The notes beneath the pieces are model-generated. The model was not told the origin of the DNA. It saw only the letters and a list, made by a program, of their open reading frames with translations, and did no database searches. 39,875 nt of DNA from Candidatus Omnitrophota bacterium (GTDB taxonomy: Bacteria > Omnitrophota > Gorgyraeia > Zapsychrales > Fredricksoniimonadaceae). The stretch covers positions 1-39,875 of the forward strand of contig JAHFGE010000004.1 in NCBI GenBank assembly GCA_023247575.1, written 5' to 3'. Below are positions 38,001 to 39,875 of the stretch, piece by piece. Numbering within the stretch: position 1 is the first letter of the stretch; each line of letters starts with the position of its first letter. The translations under genes were made by a program, and so were the position numbers.

Positions 38001-39799
38001 AAAACCTCTTTTTGGTTCTCGTCACCAATCACGCCACGGATGGCTATTTGAAACTGCTCCTTGATCCCTCCAGCCAGCCTCTTTAAAACAAAATTAAAAT
38101 CTTCATGCGCCCCCTGTCCTTCCATGGGAAGATCAAGAATATAATGCAATTGCAAAATCGTCTGGGTGGCGTCGGCAGGTTTGCCTTTCCCTGGAGGCAG
38201 CTGACGCAAATGAAAATCATGCAGTAAAGCTGCTAAAAAGGCCGTGATCAAATCCCTTTTGGTTTTAATCAATCCGCGCCCGCGGGCTGTCTTTAAATTG
38301 CTCAAGGTCACAACGACATTATGCAGATGGCTATGAAAGAATTGCCACTCTAAGCCCATCTGTTGATACAAAGCGGCAATGATTTCGATAAGCTTTCTTG
38401 CGCTCTCCAGTTCACTGGGATTAAGATGGACGGGTAAACCATTATCGGGACCTAAAAATTTTAGAATCTCGTTGGTAAACTGACGGATGAGCGCCCTGAA
38501 CCGCCCCGCCGGATCTTCCGCAGAAGGAAATGCTGACTCCCATGCCTCACGGTCAAGGGGGCCATAGAGGACATTTACGAGATCCCTTTGGTCGTCTCTG
38601 TTGGCTGCCGGCAGAATAGTACCTCCAATATCACTACCTGCAAGCAGCACCAATCCGCTGATGATTGTCGCTACTAAAAACCCCAGCGCCCCGTGGCCGC
38701 TTAAAACATGCCCCAGCAACCCAACGCCAAAAACCACGAAGATCATCAAGCCAATCATCGGCCACATCCGTCGATTGACAAGGCTTAAGAAAAATGTTAT
38801 ATTTAAACCAAAAGGAATTTCTCTATGACTAAACTTTTGCAGGCTACTTACGAACACGGGCGACTGAAACCATCGTTGCCTCTCAATCTCCCTGAGCACC
38901 AGCGGGTCATTCTGGCGGTTGTGGTCACTGAAGACGACATCCCCGGCCTTCTGACTGCTAAACTGGCTGAAACGGGCAAAAGCTTCGACTTCCTCAACGA
39001 CCCTCGCGAAGACATTTACAATCTTTCTGACGGCAATGAACTCTAGCAAAAAATCTATTGAACGTGGCGATGTTGTGCTTATTCCTTTCCCTTTTACTGA
39101 CCTATCCAGTACCAAAGTACGCCCGGCCGTCATTATTTCCGCCAACCCACAGCAAAATGACCTTGTAGTCGCTTTTATCTCTTCTGTTTTAACCGATAAA
39201 CCCTCCAATAGCGATGTCGTCCTGGCCAGCAATGCTCCCAATTTTTCTGCGACCGGTCTTAAAAAAGATTCTGTTTTTAAAATGAACAAACTCGTCACGA
39301 TATCTTCAGCGCTAATTTTAAAACGGTTAGGCCACGTAGCCACCGCCTTCCAAAACCAATTAGACAATGCTCTTAAAAAAGCATTAAATTTATCATAAAA
39401 TACCTCTGCCATTGTTGCGGTCAAAGGAGCTGTAGGCGCCATGGCCGGGACAGGCGCCATACCGCTACGAACTGCGAACTGTGTACTATAAAGGCGGGCA
39501 CTATGTGGTGAGCTTGTCGAACCATTAAAGGTCCTGTGCATGGCAATGGCATCTTGCAGGGTGCCAGCATTCACCATATTCCATGCCGCTTCACGGATGG
39601 CCTGGCGCTTGTGCTTGGCCCCATACAAATGAAGCCACACAAAGATATGGATGGCCCAACGGCCTATAATCCCATAGGCCCAGCGTAAGATGGGGGTTTC
39701 AATCCCCGGGGCCCATTCCAATAAAATCCTGTCCGCCAAAGGCCGGGTGGAGGCAAACCGACCCAACAACCAGTACGCCATCCTGAAGGGCGGCAACAT
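25298..39799 (-). CDS. Giant 4,833-aa multi-TM, multi-module protein of unknown function
   Basis: 14,502 nt without a stop, in a genome where neighbouring genes use TAA, TAG and TGA. It has several hydrophobic TM clusters and HD-like, XRE-HTH-like and sigma-70-like segments. The first ATG is at 39799. The frame is also open for the last 25 codons to the window edge, which is not statistically informative. Confidence 0.7.
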   Translation of the reverse strand: MLPPFRMAYWLLGRFASTRPLADRILLEWAPGIETPILRWAYGIIGRWAIHIFVWLHLYGAKHKRQAIREAAWNMVNAGTLQDAIAMHRTFNGSTSSPHSARLYSTQFAVRSGMAPVPAMAPTAPLTATMAEVFYDKFNAFLRALSNWFWKAVATWPNRFKISAEDIVTSLFILKTESFLRPVAEKLGALLARTTSLLEGLSVKTEEIKATTRSFCCGLAEIMTAGRTLVLDRSVKGKGISTTSPRSIDFLLEFIAVRKIVNVFARVVEEVEAFARFSQFSSQKAGDVVFSDHNRQNDPLVLREIERQRWFQSPVFVSSLQKFSHREIPFGLNITFFLSLVNRRMWPMIGLMIFVVFGVGLLGHVLSGHGALGFLVATIISGLVLLAGSDIGGTILPAANRDDQRDLVNVLYGPLDREAWESAFPSAEDPAGRFRALIRQFTNEILKFLGPDNGLPVHLNPSELESARKLIEIIAALYQQMGLEWQFFHSHLHNVVVTLSNLKTARGRGLIKTKRDLITAFLAALLHDFHLRQLPPGKGKPADATQTILQLHYILDLPMEGQGAHEDFNFVLKRLAGGIKEQFQIAIRGVIGDENQKEVFAEIFAIIRRTDYVPGGSEAIEGAYQKALDSPDISQQRRGHVHESALTLQYADYYAFYVHLSADLLKYIILGLNAEGVKAAVEGTYQFFFKVLLLTPQGFSILRAFPFKDIQNFIDNAEYFARMGQQPFDKENLLKEFGLQEPAQSSPMARWTACLNFISLALMLPDVAGWFGPLFHGPPGILTNILSLIVLVGVFLSSQTYFFKSNLLESCLVSPKASYRVQNFDAGKAAVWGVVSGYALGKVLGSNGSFLESYIQGINSWVISNAHVSSLLEIIHVNGNHCNSIFFLNEYWLYLFCGVVLIVPIFIVGKIFLALHAPEFRLFPPRIADRRSYFAFVCSTVGKLFLGVRAKVDWFDGILHKSHRSIERLSRQARIHITGSIGSIFPASLQYLNLWSLALMLPDVSAMTFGLGETLSKIGSVFDGPGWGGLMAAVHIAAPWIIGALTMVGLAWLAAVFHRSQRERFAWRTLDGKSLSLWQVHSVKEALRIGPIGAGYLENVRYYFPNDMEENVARIQPINRNLLERIEPNDIIIVGDKKFFDHLEEQNIRLAGFIHKGFIFLAPPPFKGPVVSIQHYVETTRTIIWGLGVMSGIPSRKIEKFARHLVVEALEFEEMWVAVHPKLRSSFGQITEEFFWTTIALALVLTYLPKKILTIAFRFFPKAGFLSSGLLALPGKTGRYMLKQSLKKSLSAASKRVWVTVHKIVSYGIVPALLVVLAIAGFFLLGIVSASVVQSNFKLRGTPLNFFVLTHPDELFMDEYKGVLAWPTLERRYILINGQWFYPDALRRFRLRPHESEWGHFTPSKPLPVAGLFVGGDLVDCLRRTIMGTARAVFRSGHQEFTAVLPAQAVWLNPRGVVTSLEHVLDNLKDRPDLVRYDFSVPPAASYNGLLRNFFRRIMNDYKTPGAQTEVYLDGRLVFSHGRQRAKHRLTIEVIRHSLWSALLKARTAKLPNRNGQLNYKGKPAIDLTKLRSPVVFFLAVLALAAGSPWLFLAAIAGFAFLCTTSWSSIQRSRPERFDLNEFNRYLTRAREIIHQAAEELQRERTIVDAARERVRHLLTEASSNMDMLEEGPRMLLEASLSLVDAELDFLNFQLGTTTVEVIRGKLAEVFRLLGTFDSQYKFSTPERFLSVRSNARLHYDKLVATLVRITSSPVKGPVETGAETPVTGPALPSASQDQPAAEAAAKSLTETKPAAVGVAPLAPPVQSTAIGPTTKAVAPLDAKITVELPAAPLKVIPKPLPTTGTLLERFLKWLSDQRQKNVPLEEAKKTLEWQTLIMALRGFASTDLERRHKFLLDALGEYTVLKKRSPQPLTLVACYLENIIGLDTRAAQKKQTQAVRLLQESGESTQVQTLLSGPAGFIWPSFYSWLRKESAGKEEATLVELIELIGILSTIAAMSQDATEMGAGVRKELRDRLGVSERGLYQKTLTPLAFILHEHSELRHPGRARKILGEQFGIFLKAEHPATLSLEELHWRAYSLALVAANRNQTDAAHMLGIDVRRLNPFMEDDQRENMMGLVTPGKDILAALLAYWFDGSIRFSTQGVQALLGSGFTADKAEAWKAGETALEDEEAIRNIIVQRAAGQERIGRLNRERMAAYEEVKDKVKEFKGRINPQTPYVQWEDKVIIPLAHYGEISCTLALPEEVLVHLKDKPTGYRIAFLRIWVSPDEDIREFLKKANIGYTSYFNMEREQGGIVKNEGRFAWQAGAPLPYNLFCLARALGVDPVIITRAMTFSQAWQDAGKYPKTLKLVRERLCATWETVTLKLLIEGDVFDVPVLRSFKTAEEREQYLGHWQDRDPTGFTQFLRMYTWKINRWEAGLIPEHRERDVLSNIMGRNVVGLPQKSVPSKPASSPSIPMPALTVADATVLHQPLPQARAVEGPAPVILGEGQIPDYIRNSLGEQMIALADAIWGEKVFGRITPEKALDQLKCLWTECPNEWKLTFARAMAEMLRPKNPGESACRLNAAVIKTITVLFPLELKQEYRNVVEECAKNTMSQFLEIESSRSHKITAAVLCDFQESLKKLRDDKTQPAAAPLAASNGLDGCHFFGWGTMKVMASTAVRTLGIAKLWLLVAPNETVDFLKENSRRGDGFFGVAFRKAYFFFVIGFLTCFLKNRKHFGETCVRVLVRGTEFMKKNADTFVRSRVLPVKQQKGLCGIKDRIIGSGNGVAVTAAFSQKLRHFQFLFGQSQAQVYVFLLLVHMGIASFLMWAINGDHSFISDAVTTTGESSTPYLAIGSWVSAAISLRALRPFFVRTTRRSISDQRPAVRRALDPKSKKFWIRPGNALSNSALYTLTALVSLWVKGFTLSIISPLFISKHTSYTAAGQALRGHLTLQRTQDISRQANGTVYKSARIVNTALVGAAAAVGVGIALAPLLAPANGGAAGLAHLGTVPVLLVVLACTILPSMMAEVSPAIFDEWGKVQNSGDTAPNSSTSVPAPVESSSGRILPLLLVPLALVTCGFILLTGDIARADVLEKVNSSARDKGDLASDVIKDHHKSFEYASAAEEIKSYFQFFGESDYSVERNISYGYREGMEIYRDRISVPDTDATSSTALVVKPDHFSILNTENRIKSPAIHIGVSSKPTFRSLQLNRNYGTGKHPVGFVRELYCPMSAHRKSFGRGTRCPIITAPGFSFKALSLNWRGGPLRYIFPLATIIYSPGNLLTSSSKCSVSHLSALNLLPFGVLIFILSLFFVLRTVRQSSFLVNQTIAPQLEVVNEGKPSICGKPSICKPGRTGRILPLFLVPLALVTCGFILLTGDIARADTNANITSRPLTKVEMVTNRAPLVPVIASAIYVMFDFYRMFFLIVAGGYVLLRVGWRLYVEINYFRRLNEPSPCWSVGKELEIDAALKQKFEKLREEGRREELKRKQKAQTVPTVVKVPARRPVGMPLGIFLRQVSDVNCFCKKLRDTGRGEMVDLLWEKLSQMSPRKEGDTIYIHHEGEEIAVAQAWVAGRNIYKAGINAGFILDRIPVSSFDDNDLVSFDPRDLPGAGGLRTGHMLSQQEIENLDEIKARGLEVKCIFEIQRPWEVMIAGKEEGFGENQEAAGHLTEMILETLDSVGRSDDKKRIHAVLRKVSPVVFHDAFVRRFNLRSSYYAQYIADRWAGNREDTFKELSEGQWSRRHRIIDGYLPLLNDDFSNRIFAAELPQGINALKVRAANQSGLKDIRIEWRFVPDLGFWVPVEASGFGGSIYVNRRLNSVIKDGRIAAVVFETMEGLRKAEIIQSKRIESILPSMERLTVRPLFDVRFPGYRGALYSLHVDQSGGIEGVQFLGKERAEDLLVAYQTNQEGQSIRVLGKAKVFKIRKIEGFANSGLFWVKGYVVPYAHQVLSEILFALETFSLPELHSSFYFFFDERFKKGTVSLAFDQFAFPYYFTVNSAQGSESQCGFIPTVRMVDNDYKPIQTIDSFFPTISHKRLTEDLGWAYLKGYQILVTRLAMPISPSREIEIGDYAIVVPTELTHPWAEVIFGPGNSAGESSLVPIFLRVGGYGSDNPHDQRSLDFIAKQTFRLTFLPDMNIAMVSGGLPEAVNIREQRKGKALLAEFNERPLSDLQLVDQLASIPFGARIKAIANDRGISDQEMARLLGYQDIYDYRRNLLASQSDGKYRPGDILHIASILDIEPSRFLIGMNYLEARERLSWGPFMKLRRLRQGKTLKEMGDRVKSIDPRFSYMKPENMSQLLSAFELEKRIPAVDIYPAIEHAYGVQGQLPPAQAKRTYFRAPLDPLLIHKVERFIFKGDHRRGSGLTLDDGPFPFEATPGMTKRFGRAAFYIPQIRGGKEIYDYLLKGRRFRLLPTALAFYAMISPDQEVCLRHAPVGVYLPSKEGPKLVLLRMHYVLQALKGKRMPPKWARVRVQLFSKRDVGGNPRLGISLDANIESRILYFPTGYLESKGYVEGDWVFLRAATLNSRERVVLMYGMKKIPGPENKMELLVIFRPMMLTTDMKKYFPAKETVKPEIPQMPSADEQWRRQLAAAKELSDTQQLDCWKRIRHDSKAFSDLVLSFYPMIEEFVSRHSRSSDSHWADNLRATGCEIVIDQMLQYTPERGKTLREFVHEALKRHLKSETTRLLRSTGQINLQSPATGKDDELTWLDIIPAAEAYRRLGYEPNLPPGEDEEEDIDTDEGLGSPEEEAVAENQEIVDQGGEKVELPYEGGIEQLINDLAGYHVPRDIKIFEAWYDGSSVLQIIEQFEIDETEANRILEGLFDTVRKLVKAQGNGTSELPK
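26880..27290 (-). other. Two XRE-type helix-turn-helix-like segments inside the giant ORF
   Basis: RGISDQEMARLLGYQDIYDYRRNL and RLRQGKTLKEMGDRVKS...SQLLSAFELEKRIP. Confidence 0.4.
29693..29779. repeat. 87-bp direct repeat, copy 1 (flanks module A)
   Basis: 83/87 identical to 30569-30655. On the minus strand it encodes GRILPLFLVPLALVTCGFILLTGDIARAD. Confidence 0.95.
29796..29831. repeat. 18-bp tandem duplication (caaatcgacggcttccc[a/c] x2), encoding GKPSIC x2 in the giant frame
   Basis: Read directly. It abuts the module A -35 hexamer. Confidence 0.9.
29835..29863 (+). promoter_or_regulatory. Promoter TTGACA-N17-TATAGT for module A
   Basis: -35 at 29835-29840 and -10 at 29858-29863. GAGGA SD at 29880-29884, 10 nt before the GTG at 29895. 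Confidence 0.6.
29895..30164 (+). CDS. DUF5678-like small protein (module A, gene 1)
   Basis: WLTEHFEELVNKFPGEYIIVANGKIY follows the DUF5678 pattern. GTG start with SD (alternative ATG at 29922). Antisense to the giant ORF. Confidence 0.5.
   Translation: MRKTKNRLKMNIKTPNGKRFNADKWLTEHFEELVNKFPGEYIIVANGKIYRKGPPRQLRDRALKENPGAVIMGHRVPRPKDFLCALIGQ
30143..30550 (+). CDS. Retropepsin-like (clan AA) aspartyl protease (module A, gene 2)
   Basis: PIVPVQLQGPKGWFTADAYVDSGAFYSV has the DSGA catalytic motif in its usual context. Overlaps gene 1 by 22 nt. Confidence 0.6.
   Translation: MRAHRAIKFPYKAYRMFPCPIVPVQLQGPKGWFTADAYVDSGAFYSVFCIQDAEMIGLDYKCGRRSSICVGDGDSIPVYFHTLPVTIGNISLNAIIGFSEKLKVGFNLLGRRSIFERFVVIFDDVRRQITFIPRR
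30569..30655. repeat. 87-bp direct repeat, copy 2 (flanks module A)
   Basis: Offset from copy 1 is 876 bp (3 x 292). Encodes GRILPLLLVPLALVTCGFILLTGDIARAD. Confidence 0.95.
31010..31038 (+). promoter_or_regulatory. Promoter TTGACC-N17-TATGCT for module C
   Basis: -35 at 31010-31015 and -10 at 31033-31038. GAGGA SD at 31051-31055, 6 nt before the ATG at 31062. Confidence 0.5.
31062..31391 (+). CDS. MNT-type nucleotidyltransferase (antitoxin of HEPN/MNT pair)
   Basis: LLFGSKARRTAGRWSDIDLLVV is the canonical GSxxR...SDxD motif. I prefer the ATG at 31062 (SD, downstream of the promoter) over the track start at 31044. Confidence 0.88.
   Translation: MLRVNPLTQRETKAVNVYKALLLKAFPGRIQNFLLFGSKARRTAGRWSDIDLLVVLTKNGRKARKEIAALTHEPIAKYGVELSPVVVTASEMKEWSPFIAHIKKEAIPI
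31388..31777 (+). CDS. HEPN domain protein (toxin of HEPN/MNT pair)
   Basis: SRAYYAIFYAAKAFLLFHG...TSHKG and RQEADY HEPN motifs. ATGA overlap with the MNT stop. Confidence 0.88.
   Translation: MNKKQEYVNLRLRLAKEKLKVAELLAKSGSYRDSISRAYYAIFYAAKAFLLFHGQDPTSHKGVSVLFHKFCATHKHPDASFAKMLSVLQEARQEADYKEKVRLTKRDAKEAVASARIFLKEIYRLIRGH
34270..34555 (-). other. Pro/Ala/Thr-rich low-complexity linker in the giant ORF
   Basis: SSPVKGPVETGAETPVTGPALPSASQDQPAAEAAAKSLTETKPAAVGVAPLAPPVQ... Confidence 0.7.
36788..36814. repeat. 27-bp exact direct repeat, copy 1 (flanks module B)
   Basis: cacgtcgggaagcatgagggcgaggga, identical to 37499-37525. Encodes SLALMLPDV in the giant frame. Confidence 0.95.
36911..37186 (+). 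CDS. DUF4258-like protein (module B, toxin-like)
   Basis: INFSSHAKEQFTYRGTNESEITSAI ... IAVITVY follows the DUF4258 pattern. Confidence 0.55.
   Translation: MAFVENAVKPINFSSHAKEQFTYRGTNESEITSAIRNSRWEKAELGRMQCKKDLTYNKDWNNKYYATKQVKPIFIEEKDRIAVITVYVYYF
37199..37414 (+). CDS. DUF2283-like protein (module B, antitoxin-like)
   Basis: MRITYDPTVDALYIRF...DGSLAGIEILDA is the typical DUF2283 signature. Strong AAGGAGG SD at 37189-37195. Confidence 0.75.
   Translation: MRITYDPTVDALYIRFEETTVTTKHLSEGIAADYAPDGSLAGIEILDAVRRFGGDKTTLKKVTLEEIGLAA
37499..37525. repeat. 27-bp exact direct repeat, copy 2 (flanks module B)
   Basis: Offset from copy 1 is 711 bp (3 x 237). Weaker similarity continues for ~18 bp. 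Confidence 0.95.
37950..38420 (-). other. HD-phosphohydrolase-like region of the giant ORF
   Basis: HSHLHNV...(~35 aa)...AALLHDFH (HD dyad at 38216-38221) ... IIRRTDY has H..HD..D spacing. Confidence 0.35.
38775..38803 (+). promoter_or_regulatory. Promoter TTGACA-N17-TATATT for module D
   Basis: -35 at 38775-38780 and -10 at 38798-38803. AAGGA SD at 38812-38816, 8 nt before the ATG at 38825. Confidence 0.6.
38825..39046 (+). CDS. DUF104/AF2212-like antitoxin (module D)
   Basis: ATYEHGRLKPSLPLNLPEHQRVILAV matches the antitoxin fold signature. Overlaps the toxin gene by 11 nt. Confidence 0.6.
   Translation: MTKLLQATYEHGRLKPSLPLNLPEHQRVILAVVVTEDDIPGLLTAKLAETGKSFDFLNDPREDIYNLSDGNEL
39036..39398 (+). 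CDS. PemK/MazF-family toxin (module D)
   Basis: ERGDVVLIPFPFTDLSSTKVRPAVIIS is the canonical MazF N-terminal beta-strand signature. 120 aa. Confidence 0.85.
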   Translation: MNSSKKSIERGDVVLIPFPFTDLSSTKVRPAVIISANPQQNDLVVAFISSVLTDKPSNSDVVLASNAPNFSATGLKKDSVFKMNKLVTISSALILKRLGHVATAFQNQLDNALKKALNLS

Positions 39800-39841
39800 G
39801 CCTGCCCCGACCGCAGCGTCGGGGGCGGGCCCTGTAGATTT

Positions 39842-39869
39842 ATTATAGGGCGGCGACTTTGTTACCCAA
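39842..39869 (-). promoter_or_regulatory. Weak candidate promoter TTGGGT-N16-TATAAT upstream of the giant ORF ATG
   Basis: Minus-strand -35 at 39869-39864 and -10 at 39847-39842. Hairpin ccccgac-N6-gtcgggg at 39805-39824 lies between it and the ATG at 39799. Confidence 0.3.
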
Positions 39870-39875
39870 TCGAGC

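Noticed and set aside
25298-39799. Giant ORF explained by an alternative genetic code or stop-codon reassignment
   Set aside because: Neighbouring well-identified genes in the same window terminate at TGA (tatC, mnmA, birA), TAA (pgi, HEPN) and TAG (coiled-coil gene, DUF2283). All three stops are therefore in use.
1-39875. CRISPR arrays, rRNA genes, transposases, integrases, reverse transcriptases
   Set aside because: I looked for regularly spaced short repeats and for the characteristic protein motifs in all listed ORFs and found none.

Overview
This is a gene-dense bacterial chromosome segment of moderate GC. The taxon cannot be determined from sequence alone. The presence of a very large ORF is reminiscent of uncultivated lineages, but that is only an impression.

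Positions 1-25.3 kb are ordinary housekeeping, almost all on the minus strand and tightly packed:
- a partial hemW-like radical-SAM gene, tatA/tatC, a fused ABC-2 ATPase-permease, pgi and mnmA
- a BioC/BioH-type biotin operon (cysteine desulfurase-birA-bioF-bioH-bioC-bioD-bioA) behind a textbook BirA operator
- a divergent membrane GAF-GGDEF cyclase, tRNA-Leu(CAA) and tRNA-Ala(GGC)
- rlmN, accA, a LysM-L,D-transpeptidase, a DUF212 protein and comM
- two secreted coiled-coil proteins, a PilZ protein, a secreted clan GH-A-like glycosidase and a GT2 C-terminal remnant

Positions 25.3-39.8 kb are one uninterrupted 4,833-codon minus-strand ORF. It is multi-TM and carries an HD-like region, a P/A-rich linker, two XRE-like HTH segments and a sigma-70-like C-terminus.

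The striking observation concerns four compact two-gene toxin-antitoxin or TA-like modules: DUF5678+retropepsin, MNT+HEPN, DUF4258+DUF2283, and DUF104-antitoxin+MazF.
- All four lie on the opposite (+) strand, entirely inside this ORF, and none introduces a stop into the giant frame.
- Three have near-consensus sigma-70 promoters.
- Two are bracketed by in-frame direct repeats (87 bp and 27 bp).
- Five of the eight genes share exact codon register with the giant frame, so they contain no TTA, CTA or TCA codons, although TTA is common in neighbouring genes.

This nested, dual-coding arrangement is the main candidate for something new. No CRISPR array, rRNA, integrase or transposase was seen.
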